The position numbers and the translations under genes are program-made. The notes under the pieces are model-generated. The model was not told where the DNA came from and ran no database searches. It saw only the letters and a program-made list of their open reading frames with translations. 64,000 nt of DNA from Bacillota bacterium (GTDB lineage Bacteria; Bacillota; Clostridia; TANB77; CAG-508): the NCBI GenBank assembly GCA_052036095.1, contig JBPOHA010000056.1:466-64465 (forward strand), in the 5' to 3' direction. Of this stretch, positions 28,761-39,009 are shown in pieces; positions within the stretch are counted from its first letter, which is position 1; each line of letters starts with the position of its first letter.

Positions 28761-29894
28761 ATGAGAGATATAGGAATTTATATACATATACCATTTTGCA
28801 AAAGTAAATGTAACTATTGCGATTTCACATCATTTAGTGGAAAAGAAAACTTAATAAAAGAATATATAGAATGTCTAAAAAAAGAAATTCAACAACGTTC
28901 ACAAGATGATTATAGAGTTAAGACAATATATATTGGTGGAGGGACACCATCATATATTGAAGCTGAGTACATTGAAGAAATCTTAGCAACTGTAGAAAAT
29001 AATTTTATAATAGATGAAGATGTTGAGATTTCAATGGAAGTAAACCCAGGAACAGTAACTGGAAGTAAATTTAAAGAATATAACCAATCGGGAATTAATA
29101 GATTGAGCATAGGACTACAAACTTCAAATGATAACTTATTAAAAGAATTAGGAAGAATTCATACTTATGATGAATATGAAAAAACTATAAAATTAGCAAA
29201 GAAAAATGGATTTTCAAATATTAATACAGATATAATGTTAGGAGTACCTAATCAAACTATATATGATGTTGAAGACACAATTGAAAAATTAATTAAATTA
29301 AATTTAACACATATATCAGTGTATTCATTAATTGTTGAAGAAAATACAAAATTAGAAAATATGATTAATAATGGAAAGTTACAATTACCAGATGAAGAAA
29401 TTGAAAGGTATATGTACTGGTTCGCAAAAAGAAAGTTAGAAGAGAATGGATATATACACTATGAAATTTCTAACTTTTCAAAACCTTTTTATAGATGTAA
29501 ACATAATTTAGATTGCTGGAATCAAAAACAGTATTTGGGCTTTGGAGTTTCGGCAGCATCTTATGAGAATTCATGTAGATATAAAAATACAGATTGCTTA
29601 GAAAAATATATAAAAAATATTGAAAGCCAAGAAGAATACAAAAATGTTAAAGTTGAAGAAAAACAGGACAAGCAAACTGCAATGAATGAATATATGATTT
29701 TAGGATTAAGGACTATAAGAGGAGTAGAGGTTTCTAGTTTTTATGAAAAATTTAACGAAAATCCGTATGCTATATATAATAAAAAAATCGAAAAGTTATT
29801 GTATGAAGGACTTATAGAAATTGATCGTTCTAATATAAGATTAAGTGACAAAGGATTGGATTTAGCAAATATTGTATGGGAAGAATTTATATAA
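28761..29894 (+). CDS. hemW: Radical SAM heme chaperone HemW (coproporphyrinogen III oxidase-like)
   Basis: IYIHIPFCKSKCNYCDF is the CxxxCxxC radical SAM motif in HemW/HemN-like context. The ATG at 28761 follows AAGGTG. Confidence 0.85.
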   Translation: MRDIGIYIHIPFCKSKCNYCDFTSFSGKENLIKEYIECLKKEIQQRSQDDYRVKTIYIGGGTPSYIEAEYIEEILATVENNFIIDEDVEISMEVNPGTVTGSKFKEYNQSGINRLSIGLQTSNDNLLKELGRIHTYDEYEKTIKLAKKNGFSNINTDIMLGVPNQTIYDVEDTIEKLIKLNLTHISVYSLIVEENTKLENMINNGKLQLPDEEIERYMYWFAKRKLEENGYIHYEISNFSKPFYRCKHNLDCWNQKQYLGFGVSAASYENSCRYKNTDCLEKYIKNIESQEEYKNVKVEEKQDKQTAMNEYMILGLRTIRGVEVSSFYEKFNENPYAIYNKKIEKLLYEGLIEIDRSNIRLSDKGLDLANIVWEEFI

Positions 29895-30039
29895 ATTATT
29901 GACTTTGAAAACTCCAAATGCTAAAATGGGATACATAATAAGATATAAATTATATATATAAATAGTAGACTTTGTATATAATATAAATTATGTTGCTATA
30001 AGAAACGAAAAAATTTTATACAATGATAAGAAGAAAAAA

Positions 30040-30186
30040 AGTTAATAATAAAACAAAAATTAATAATAAAACAAAAGTTAATAATAAAACAAAAGTTAAT
30101 AATAAAACGAAAGTTAATAATAAAAGAAAAGTTAATAATAAAACGAAAGTTAATAATAAAACAAAAATTAATAAGAAAAATAAAAA
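30040..30186 (+). repeat. Seven tandem copies of a 21-bp repeat (AAAACAAAAGTTAATAATAAA)
   Basis: Direct reading. In frame with ORF 30023-30379, but the only Shine-Dalgarno (AGGAG 30190-30194) serves the ATG at 30200, so the array is probably 5' non-coding. Confidence 0.75.
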
Positions 30187-30199
30187 AATAGGAGAAAAA

Positions 30200-30379
30200 A
30201 TGAAAGAAAAGATTGAAAAAGATAGTAAAGAAGCGAAAAAAATAAAAAGAGAAGATAAAAAACAAAAAATTCGTAGAGTTGCCAAAATAGGTATGACAAG
30301 ATTAATTGCGTTAATAGTATGCTTGTGTATGATATTAGCAACAGCAGGTACATTAATTTTTTACTTAATTAATCAATAA
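30200..30379 (+). CDS. Small K-rich single-TM membrane protein (59 aa) upstream of cdaA
   Basis: MKEKIEKDSKEAKKIKREDKKQKIRRVAKIGMTRLIALIVCLCMILATAGTLIFYLINQ. AGGAG 6 nt upstream. Confidence 0.45.
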   Translation: MKEKIEKDSKEAKKIKREDKKQKIRRVAKIGMTRLIALIVCLCMILATAGTLIFYLINQ

Positions 30380-30415
30380 ATATTGAAAAATTAAAGTTGT
30401 TAAAGGAGAAATAAT

Positions 30416-31366
30416 ATGTTCGAAGAATTAAACAAACAAATGACTGTGGACTTTTCATCATACATAGGAGAATTACATTCAAATCCATGGCAAATAGTAA
30501 CATTAGTATTGGATATCATTGCTGTAGGATTTTTAATATATGCATTTGTAAAAATAGCAAGACGTTCTAAAGTATGGCAATTAGTAAAAGGAATTGCTTT
30601 ACTAATAATAATAACTTTGATAAGTGGTTGGTTAAAATTAAGAATACTTAATTTTATATTAACATCAGTAATGACTTATGGAGTAATCGCTTTACTTGTA
30701 ATATTTCAGCCAGAATTACGTAGAGGTTTAGAGCAATTAGGATCAACAAATACAAATAAATTCTCACGAATGCTTGGAATAGATAAAAGCTTAAAGGATA
30801 GAACAAGAGAAGATATTTATAAAGTAGTAATTGCAGTAGAAGAATTAGCAAAGACAAAAACAGGAGCACTTATAGTATTTGAAAGAGATATAAAATTACA
30901 GGACATAGTAGAAACAGGAGTTGTATTAGATTCAGCAATTTCTCCACAAATATTAGTAAATATATTTGTACCAAATACACCACTTCATGATGGCGCAGTA
31001 ATAATTAGCAATAATAAAATATCATCAGCAGCTTGTATTTTACCACTTGCAGATGACAAAGATATAGCAAGAGAATTAGGTACAAGACATAGAGCAGCAA
31101 TGGGGATATCAAGAGAATCAGATGCAATAGCAGTTGTAGTATCAGAAGAAACTGGAAAAATATCAATAGCGAAAGATGGTACATTAATTGCAGATGTAAA
31201 AGATGATTCATTAAAAAGAATATTAATAAAACACTTAGTTACAGCAAGATTTGGGTCTGATGAAAAAGAAAGCAAGATAACAGAACTTAAACAAAAAATG
31301 GCTAAGAATAAAAAAGAAAAAGCAGAAAAAAATAAAGAAAAAACTGAAAATAAAGAAAAAAAATAG
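30416..31366 (+). CDS. cdaA: Diadenylate cyclase CdaA (DacA)
   Basis: Three N-terminal TM helices, then DisA_N domain motifs TGALIVFERD, LHDGAVII and GTRHRAA. No cdaR/glmM downstream. Confidence 0.9.
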   Translation: MFEELNKQMTVDFSSYIGELHSNPWQIVTLVLDIIAVGFLIYAFVKIARRSKVWQLVKGIALLIIITLISGWLKLRILNFILTSVMTYGVIALLVIFQPELRRGLEQLGSTNTNKFSRMLGIDKSLKDRTREDIYKVVIAVEELAKTKTGALIVFERDIKLQDIVETGVVLDSAISPQILVNIFVPNTPLHDGAVIISNNKISSAACILPLADDKDIARELGTRHRAAMGISRESDAIAVVVSEETGKISIAKDGTLIADVKDDSLKRILIKHLVTARFGSDEKESKITELKQKMAKNKKEKAEKNKEKTENKEKK

Positions 31367-31461
31367 ATTTATATTTATAGTAAATATTACATAAAATAAT
31401 AAATAATAAATAATAAATAATATAAATTTATAACATAATATGCTAATAATTAATAACGATT

Positions 31462-31482
31462 ATAAAATGAAGGAGATTATGA
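31462..31482 (+). other. Start-stop mini-ORF (MKEIMI*, or MI* from the ATG at 31474 with GAAGGAG) 23 nt upstream of the SD-less truA start
   Basis: Direct reading. ATGATTT aaaa AAATCAT forms an inverted repeat around the mini-ORF stop. Confidence 0.4.
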
Positions 31483-31505
31483 TTTAAAAAATCATATAAT
31501 AATTA

Positions 31506-32246
31506 ATGAGAAATATTAGACTTGTAATTGAATATGATGGTAAAGATTTTAATGGATGGCAAAAACAACCCAACAAACTAAATATTCAAGGAGAGATTGA
31601 AAGAGCGATTGAAGTAATAACAGGAGAAAAAGTTGACTTAATAGCATCAGGAAGAACTGATGCTGGAGTAAATGCATTAGGGCAAGTAGCTAATTTTAAA
31701 ATTGAAAATACTATTCCAATAGAAAAAATTCCGTATGCATTAAATTCACAACTAAAACAATCTATAAGAGTTCAATCAGCAGAAGAAGTGGATGAGAGAT
31801 TTCACAGTAGATATAGTTGCAAGAAGAAAACATACAGATATATAATTAATAATACAGAGCAAGGAAGTGCAATTTATAGAAATATGCAATATCATTTCCC
31901 AGTAAAATTAAATGCAGATAAAATGAATGAAGCTATAAAATATTTAATAGGAGAACATGATTTTAAATCGTTTAAAGCAAGTGGTACTAGTAGCAAAACT
32001 AGCATTAGAATTATATATGATGCTAGTGTAAAAAGAGATGGAGACATAATTACAATAGAGTTAACTGGTAATGGTTTCTTATATAATATGGTAAGAATTA
32101 TAGCTGGGACATTACTTGATGTTGGATTAGAAAAGACAACACCATTAGATGTAAAAAATATATTAGAGGCTAAAGATAGATTAAAAGCTGGAAAAACTTT
32201 ACCAGCGACAGGACTATTCTTAGTAAAAGTAGTATATGAAAATTAA
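31506..32246 (+). CDS. truA: tRNA pseudouridine(38-40) synthase
   Basis: RLVIEYDGKDFNGWQKQPN..GRTDAGVNALGQVANF carries the TruA catalytic Asp motif. Confidence 0.92.
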   Translation: MRNIRLVIEYDGKDFNGWQKQPNKLNIQGEIERAIEVITGEKVDLIASGRTDAGVNALGQVANFKIENTIPIEKIPYALNSQLKQSIRVQSAEEVDERFHSRYSCKKKTYRYIINNTEQGSAIYRNMQYHFPVKLNADKMNEAIKYLIGEHDFKSFKASGTSSKTSIRIIYDASVKRDGDIITIELTGNGFLYNMVRIIAGTLLDVGLEKTTPLDVKNILEAKDRLKAGKTLPATGLFLVKVVYEN

Positions 32247-32445
32247 ATATGGAAATAGTAAAAAAATAGAGAAATCAATGAACGCATAAGATGGAAAGTT
32301 ATACTAAACATTAGGCGTTCATTTTTATATATGTTATATCAATTACTTTACATCTAAGATAAAGATTATTTTTAATTTTAAATTGTAGCAAAATGAAATT
32401 CACAAATATTATGTTAAGTACATATATTATACAAGGGGAAGATAT

Positions 32446-32790
32446 ATGAGTACAATTCTATTATTTTTCGTACTTCCACTTGCAACAATAATATTTGCGA
32501 TTGCTTTAGAAAAATTATTTGATAATCCATTTATAGTAACTGCTGTAATATTTGCAATATTTTTAATTGTAACATTTACAGTAGCAACAATAGATTTTCT
32601 AATATTTGCAATAGCATATACAATAATTGCACTAATTACAGCATTATTGACAAATTTAATATCGGATTTAATAACAAGATTAAATAACAATAATAATAGT
32701 AGTAACAGTAATAATAATTTACCAAATACTCAAGCTTGCAGGATATGTAAATGTCAACAATGTATTTGCAATTCACTTCGTGGAAGATAG
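32446..32790 (+). CDS. Small three-TM membrane protein with an Asn-rich linker and a Cys-rich C-terminal tail (ACRICKCQQCICNS)
   Basis: Hydropathy from the translation. Seven Cys within the last 20 residues. Confidence 0.4.
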   Translation: MSTILLFFVLPLATIIFAIALEKLFDNPFIVTAVIFAIFLIVTFTVATIDFLIFAIAYTIIALITALLTNLISDLITRLNNNNNSSNSNNNLPNTQACRICKCQQCICNSLRGR

Positions 32791-32934
32791 ATAAAAAATA
32801 ACAGTTATATAATTTTAAGTGTACACTGTACATTTATAAAATATAGCTGCTATTTTTTTATTATTTAAAATATATTGAAAATAAATATTATTTAGTATAA
32901 TATAATATCAATAAAAAACAAAAGAGGTAATTTA

Positions 32935-33678
32935 ATGGATAAAGATGAGATTGAAAAATTAGAGGAATGGCAAAAAGAAAAAGAAATTCTTGAAAAAGAA
33001 AGATATGGTTATTCAACATCAGAATTAATAAATATGTCAAAAAAAATAAATACCAAAAAGAATAAAACTATACATAAGGTTGGTATAATAACTTCAAAAA
33101 TTCTTAAAATAATATTAATTATAATTGCATTAATAGTTATTGGGATTATATTTATTTATGTAAAAATGAATTTTGATAATATGAAAAACAGAGTAAATAT
33201 TGATACAGTAGATGCTATACAATCTATGTATAATATCAAAGTTAAGGTTTTAAATAAAGAAGTTGATGAAGATGGTAATGGAAAATATTATTTAAAAGCA
33301 AAAGATAATAATATTAATTTTACAGCTGTAAAATCATTTGGAAATTTAAACGAGGATTACTCAGCGCAATGTCTTAAATATTATTTTAATTTATGGGATA
33401 GTGAAGAAAAGAAAGATTTTAAAGTAACTCAAAAGGTTGAAGATGAGATATTAAAATATGAAATATATATAGACAATTTTAATAATATTGATAGTGCTAC
33501 AAAAGCAATATTAAGCTTTAAAGATTTTTGCGGAAATGAATTTAAACTATATTGGAATATATATATTCTTACAAATAATCAAAGAATTTACCCATTTCAT
33601 AATTCTAACCAAAGTGACGATGAAGTGATACAAGCGACAAAAGAAGAATATGATAATCTTTTAAAAAATCAAAAATAA
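32935..33678 (+). CDS. Hypothetical signal-anchored protein
   Basis: 247 aa, one TM near residue 55-75, no recognisable motif. Confidence 0.3.
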   Translation: MDKDEIEKLEEWQKEKEILEKERYGYSTSELINMSKKINTKKNKTIHKVGIITSKILKIILIIIALIVIGIIFIYVKMNFDNMKNRVNIDTVDAIQSMYNIKVKVLNKEVDEDGNGKYYLKAKDNNINFTAVKSFGNLNEDYSAQCLKYYFNLWDSEEKKDFKVTQKVEDEILKYEIYIDNFNNIDSATKAILSFKDFCGNEFKLYWNIYILTNNQRIYPFHNSNQSDDEVIQATKEEYDNLLKNQK

Positions 33679-33912
33679 AAATAACAAAATTTTAGATAAA
33701 TATTATGAATTTAACAATGTAGATGAAAATGTATTTATTGAACCAGATATTAGTAATTATGAAGTTACATCAAAATAGATTAAAGAACTAGCTCAAACAA
33801 TTAAAATTGAGCTAATTTTTTACTTATTAAACTAAAATCTTTTATTAACATTGATAAATAACTATATTAATGATATTATATATATGAATTTATAATGAGG
33901 GGAATTAAACAA

Positions 33913-36144
33913 ATGTTAAAACTAGAAAATGTGTCGAAGTTCTATTATAATAAGGGAATAATTGCAACTGGTTTTACAAAAGCTAATTTAGAACTAAAAT
34001 TAGGCGAATTTGTTGTAATAACAGGAGAATCTGGAAGTGGAAAAAGTACACTTTTAAATGTTATTTCAGGACTTGATAATTATGAAGAAGGAGAAATGTA
34101 TATAAATGGCAAGGAAACTAGCCATTATACTGAAAAAGATTTTGAAGATTATAGAAGAAAATATATTGCAAATATTTTTCAAGCATTTAATCTAGTAAAT
34201 TCATATACAGTATATCAAAATATTGAATTAGTTCTACTTCTAAATGGATATAAGAAAAGAGAAGTTAAACAAAAAATATTAGATATTATTGAACAAGTTG
34301 GATTAACTAAATTCAAAAACACAAAAGTATCTAAATTATCAGGAGGACAAAAACAAAGAGTTGCTATTGCAAGAGCAGTAGTAAAAGACACACCAATTAT
34401 TGTAGCAGATGAGCCAACAGGAAATTTAGACTCGAAATCTGCAAGTGAAGTAATTGAAATACTTAAAAAAGTAGCAAAAGATAAATTAGTAGTAATGGTA
34501 ACACATAATATTGAGCAAGTAGAAAAATATGCTACTAGAATAGTAAAAATGCATGATGGTAAAATAGTAGAGAATAATGAGATAAAAAAAGTCACAAATG
34601 ATGTACAACTAAAAGAAAATACTCATAATAAGATTACTGCTTTTAATAGATTACGAATAGGAATACGAAATACTTTTAATATAAGATCAAAATTTATATT
34701 ATTATTTTTTGTGTTCTCTTTTACGATTTCAGCACTATACATGGAATATTCAGCTTTTACATTAATAGAAAAAACAAAACTTGATGATAGCTATAGTCTT
34801 ATTTTTCAAAACACTTCAGATAAGAGAATTGTAATGAAAAAATCAGATAAAACATCATTTTCAGAAGATGATTTTAATAAAATAGCTGGATTAGAAAATA
34901 TTGATTATATTGTAAAAAATGATTTGTTTTTAGATAAATCTATTGTACTTGATAAAGGAGAAGAGTGGAACGCACAAAAAAATTATTCAATTTCATTTTA
35001 TGGAAATGTTAATAGTATAAATAATTTTAAAGATAAGCTAGATGTGGGCAGACTTCCTGAAAATGATGATGAGGTAATTATTGTTTTAAATAAAGAAAAT
35101 GTTGCATCAAAACATGAAGACGAAGTTCTAAATCAAGAATTTTATATTGATAATCCAGAAGATATGCTAGGACAGTCAAGTGACTTAGGAAAATTAATCA
35201 TAGTTGGAATAAAGTATGTTGAAAATTCAACAGATTTTAATACTAAAATTTATGCAAAAGATAAAGTATTTGAAAATTTAAGAACTTTTACAAATAGAAG
35301 CTACAGCACAGAAAAGATATTATTTAATAATAAATATGTAGATTATCAAATAGTACCAACAGATAAAGTCGAAAGTGGAGAAGTATTAGTAAATGATGAT
35401 CTAAAATATCAATTTAAAAACAACAAAATAAAAGGACAATCATTACAAATTTTTATACATAATATATATTATGATGATGAATTAGACTTAGAAGTAACAC
35501 AAACTTTTAATAAAAATAATTTAAAATCAAAAACCGGATTTACAAGTTTTGAAAAATATCAATATGCAATATTTGTAAATAAAGATGATTATAATAATTT
35601 ATATAATAAACCTACATATCAAGCAAGTGTATTTGTAAAGGATGAAAAAAACATAGACAAAACCTTAGATGATTTAAGCAATCTTAATATTAAAGCAAGA
35701 AAAGTATCAGATTATAAAATAGATTACGCAACGCAAAGCAAAAAAATAATACAAATAATAAGAACGGTTGTAACAATAATATTAATAATTGTATTATTCT
35801 TTATTTCATATTTAATAATAAAATTAATATTAAAATCAAGAAACATATATTTTACAACATTAAGGATGCTTGGAGCAAACAAAAAAGATTTAAAAAGAAT
35901 ATTAGATATTGAGCTATTTTTAAATTCAACGATTTCATATTGTGTTATATTAATTATAATATACCTAATTAAAAATAATATTATTAATGTAGAGTGGCTT
36001 ACAAATTTAGCTAATTGCTTAAGCCAAAAAGAATTTATATTAATGTATATAATTGTATTTATAATGATTAGACTTATTTCAAAAAAATTCTCTAAAAAGA
36101 TTTTTAAAGATACAATTATTAGAACTTATGATGAGGAGGTATAA
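33913..36144 (+). CDS. Fused ABC transporter ATP-binding / FtsX-family permease protein (MacB-like). The ORF track starts at 33895.
   Basis: Walker A GESGSGKSTLLN, signature LSGGQKQRVAIARA, Walker B IVADEPTGNLD. The C-terminal half is an extracytoplasmic domain plus TM helices. Confidence 0.85.
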   Translation: MLKLENVSKFYYNKGIIATGFTKANLELKLGEFVVITGESGSGKSTLLNVISGLDNYEEGEMYINGKETSHYTEKDFEDYRRKYIANIFQAFNLVNSYTVYQNIELVLLLNGYKKREVKQKILDIIEQVGLTKFKNTKVSKLSGGQKQRVAIARAVVKDTPIIVADEPTGNLDSKSASEVIEILKKVAKDKLVVMVTHNIEQVEKYATRIVKMHDGKIVENNEIKKVTNDVQLKENTHNKITAFNRLRIGIRNTFNIRSKFILLFFVFSFTISALYMEYSAFTLIEKTKLDDSYSLIFQNTSDKRIVMKKSDKTSFSEDDFNKIAGLENIDYIVKNDLFLDKSIVLDKGEEWNAQKNYSISFYGNVNSINNFKDKLDVGRLPENDDEVIIVLNKENVASKHEDEVLNQEFYIDNPEDMLGQSSDLGKLIIVGIKYVENSTDFNTKIYAKDKVFENLRTFTNRSYSTEKILFNNKYVDYQIVPTDKVESGEVLVNDDLKYQFKNNKIKGQSLQIFIHNIYYDDELDLEVTQTFNKNNLKSKTGFTSFEKYQYAIFVNKDDYNNLYNKPTYQASVFVKDEKNIDKTLDDLSNLNIKARKVSDYKIDYATQSKKIIQIIRTVVTIILIIVLFFISYLIIKLILKSRNIYFTTLRMLGANKKDLKRILDIELFLNSTISYCVILIIIYLIKNNIINVEWLTNLANCLSQKEFILMYIIVFIMIRLISKKFSKKIFKDTIIRTYDEEV

Positions 36145-36149
36145 GCAGT

Positions 36150-38642
36150 ATGGAAAATAATAATGAAAATATGGTAAAAGTAGAAAAAGTAAATAAATAT
36201 TTCAATAGACATCATAGAAATCAAATACATATTATTGACAATACCTCATTTGAACTAGAAAATAAAGGAATGTGCGTAATTTTAGGACAGTCTGGAAGTG
36301 GAAAGACAACACTTCTAAATGCTATTGGTGGACTTGATAAAATAAACAAAGGTAAAATATATGTAAATGGCAAAAAAATAACTAGCATATTTTCTGGTAA
36401 AGTAGACAAAATCAGAAATATAAATGTTGGATATATTTTTCAAGATTATAAATTGCTTGAAAATATGAGTGTATATGATAATGTTGCACTTTCGCTAAAA
36501 ATGACTGGATTGAAAGATAAAAAAGAAATAGAAAAAAGAGTTAATTATGTTTTAAATTCAGTAAATATGTATAGATATAGAGCAAGACCAGCTAAAATGC
36601 TTTCAGGTGGTGAAAAGCAAAGAGTTGCAATAGCAAGAGCTATAGTAAAAAATCCTAATATAGTAATAGCAGATGAACCAACAGGAAATCTCGATAGCAA
36701 AAATTCACTTGAAATAATGAATATATTAAAAGCTATCTCAAAAGAAAAACTTGTTATATTAGTTACACATGAAGAAGATTTAGCAAGGTTTTATGCTTCA
36801 AGAATATTAGAAATAATTGATGGAAAAGTAGTTAAAGATTATAAAAATGAACCAAAAGAATCCTTGGAATATAGATTAGATAATAAAATATATTTGAAAG
36901 ATTTAAAAAACACTCAAGACATACAAACAGAAAATTTCAATATCAATGTTTATTCAGAAGAAACTAACAACAATAGCAATAAAATAAATGTTAATTTAGT
37001 AGTGAAAAATGGAAATATTTATATAAAATCTGATAATGATAATGTAGAAGTTGTTGATGAAAATTCTCCAATAGAATTTATAAATGAACATTATAAAGAG
37101 ATTGATAAAAATGACATAAATAAAGATGAGTATAGTATTGAAAAAGCAAGTGATAAAAAATATAAAGTTAAATACAAATCTATATATGGAATATTCAAAT
37201 CACTAGGAATAGGATTTAAAAGAATTTCAAATTACTCAGTTATAAAAAAGATTTTAATACTAGGATTTTTTGCATCAAGTATGTTTATAGTATATTCAGT
37301 TTGCAACATAAAAGGTGTACAAATTGTAAAAGATAGTGATTTTATAACTACAGATAAAAACTATTTAAAAGTTGACTCTGTTAAGAGCAACATTGAAGGT
37401 TTCGAAAAATATGAAAGAATAGATGGAATTGATTATATAATTCCTGGAGATGGAAAAATTAGTTTTAAACTTAAAGTAGATGATTATTATCAATTAGCTA
37501 AGCAAACTTACGAACTTTCGGGTTCAATGGTAAGTTTGGATGATGTAAATTCAAATGATATTATTTTAGGCAGAATGCCACAAAATGAATATGAGATAGT
37601 TATTGATGAATTAACAGCAGATAGACTTATTAATCCTTCTAATGGACAAATTGATATTAGAGGAATGGGAATAAATTCTAATGAAGAACTAATAAATAGA
37701 AAAGTACAAATAGACAATATGAATGATTTTACAATCGTTGGAATTGCAAATTTAGGAAATCCATCAATATATGTAAATAAGTCATTATTTATTAATATAC
37801 TAAATAATTCAGTACAAAGTTCATTTGGAATAGGAATATATTTTAATGGTGAAACTAATGACAACAATGAAACAAAAGTAGTTGACTACAATTTATGCTT
37901 AAATGATATTGAATTAACAAAAGGAAGAATGCCAGAAGATGATTATGAAGTTATAGTAAATGCATCAAATAAAGACACAATGAAATTAAACAAGCAAATA
38001 AATGCAAAAGTTAATGATACACAATTAACGGTTGTAGGATATTATGAAAGTAAGACAAACAAACAAGAATATTTAGTTAATAGCAATACAGTAAAATATG
38101 ATGTAATAACAAAGAAAACTGGATTTATGGTACATACAAAGCAAAAAGCAGAAGTAATGGAAAAATTAAAAGATGAATATAGCTTAAATGTTATAAATCC
38201 TTACGAAAAAGACAGACAAGATTATATGAATAAAAGAAAAGATACAATAAATAATTCAATACTATATGCAGGGATAATACTAGCTATATCACTAATAGAG
38301 ATTTATTTAATGATTCGTTCATCATTCTTATCAAGAATAAAAGAAATAGGAGTTCTAAGAGCAATAGGAGTGAAGAAAGCAGATATTTATAGAATGTTTT
38401 TAGGAGAAATAATAGCAATAACAATTTGTGGAAGTATGCCAGGAATAGCTTTAATGTCATATATATTAGATGGAATTTCTAAAATAAAGTATATAAATAA
38501 CACTTTTATAGTAAATAAAGAAACAATACTAATAAGTATTTTAATAATATGTGGAGTCAATATTTTAGTTGGACTATTGCCATTAACAAAAATATTAAGA
38601 AAAACACCTGCCCAAATATTAGCAAGACATGATGTAGAATAA
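36150..38642 (+). CDS. Second fused ABC ATPase / FtsX-family permease protein. Its start is translationally coupled to the upstream gene.
   Basis: GQSGSGKTTLLN, LSGGEKQRVAIARA, IADEPTGNLD. Large extracytoplasmic domain and C-terminal FtsX-like TM bundle. SD GAGGAGG lies inside the stop region of the upstream gene. Confidence 0.85.
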   Translation: MENNNENMVKVEKVNKYFNRHHRNQIHIIDNTSFELENKGMCVILGQSGSGKTTLLNAIGGLDKINKGKIYVNGKKITSIFSGKVDKIRNINVGYIFQDYKLLENMSVYDNVALSLKMTGLKDKKEIEKRVNYVLNSVNMYRYRARPAKMLSGGEKQRVAIARAIVKNPNIVIADEPTGNLDSKNSLEIMNILKAISKEKLVILVTHEEDLARFYASRILEIIDGKVVKDYKNEPKESLEYRLDNKIYLKDLKNTQDIQTENFNINVYSEETNNNSNKINVNLVVKNGNIYIKSDNDNVEVVDENSPIEFINEHYKEIDKNDINKDEYSIEKASDKKYKVKYKSIYGIFKSLGIGFKRISNYSVIKKILILGFFASSMFIVYSVCNIKGVQIVKDSDFITTDKNYLKVDSVKSNIEGFEKYERIDGIDYIIPGDGKISFKLKVDDYYQLAKQTYELSGSMVSLDDVNSNDIILGRMPQNEYEIVIDELTADRLINPSNGQIDIRGMGINSNEELINRKVQIDNMNDFTIVGIANLGNPSIYVNKSLFINILNNSVQSSFGIGIYFNGETNDNNETKVVDYNLCLNDIELTKGRMPEDDYEVIVNASNKDTMKLNKQINAKVNDTQLTVVGYYESKTNKQEYLVNSNTVKYDVITKKTGFMVHTKQKAEVMEKLKDEYSLNVINPYEKDRQDYMNKRKDTINNSILYAGIILAISLIEIYLMIRSSFLSRIKEIGVLRAIGVKKADIYRMFLGEIIAITICGSMPGIALMSYILDGISKIKYINNTFIVNKETILISILIICGVNILVGLLPLTKILRKTPAQILARHDVE

Positions 38643-38733
38643 TAAAATTAAATACAAGTATTTTAGATAAGTGTAGATATTTCAAGAAAAAAATGATATA
38701 ATAAAAGTGAAAAATATGTAAGGAGGTATAAGG

Positions 38734-38982
38734 ATGACTAATACAAAAAAAGAATTATATGATACAATAAATTCTCTTCCTGATTCAATGGCTATCGAAG
38801 TACTTAATTATGCTGACTATTTAGCAACAAAATGTTTTGAAAATAATTTACCAGATAGATTAGTAATAAAAGATATTAATGATCTAAAAACAAAATTACA
38901 AAATAGAGCTAGCAAAGTAGCTGAAGGAGAAACAAAAGAATACTCAGTTGATGAAGCTTTTAAAGAAATTGACAAAATATAA
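38734..38982 (+). CDS. Hypothetical small acidic protein (82 aa)
   Basis: Strong AAGGAGG SD. No recognisable motif. Confidence 0.35.
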   Translation: MTNTKKELYDTINSLPDSMAIEVLNYADYLATKCFENNLPDRLVIKDINDLKTKLQNRASKVAEGETKEYSVDEAFKEIDKI

Positions 38983-39009
38983 AATTTGGAGATTTAAAAG
39001 GATATATAC

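Noticed and set aside
30023-30199. N-terminal 59 codons of ORF 30023-30379 (VNNKTK repeats) as coding sequence
   Set aside because: There is no Shine-Dalgarno at 30023, whereas AGGAG precedes the in-frame ATG at 30200. Treated as a non-coding tandem repeat, though translation is not excluded.
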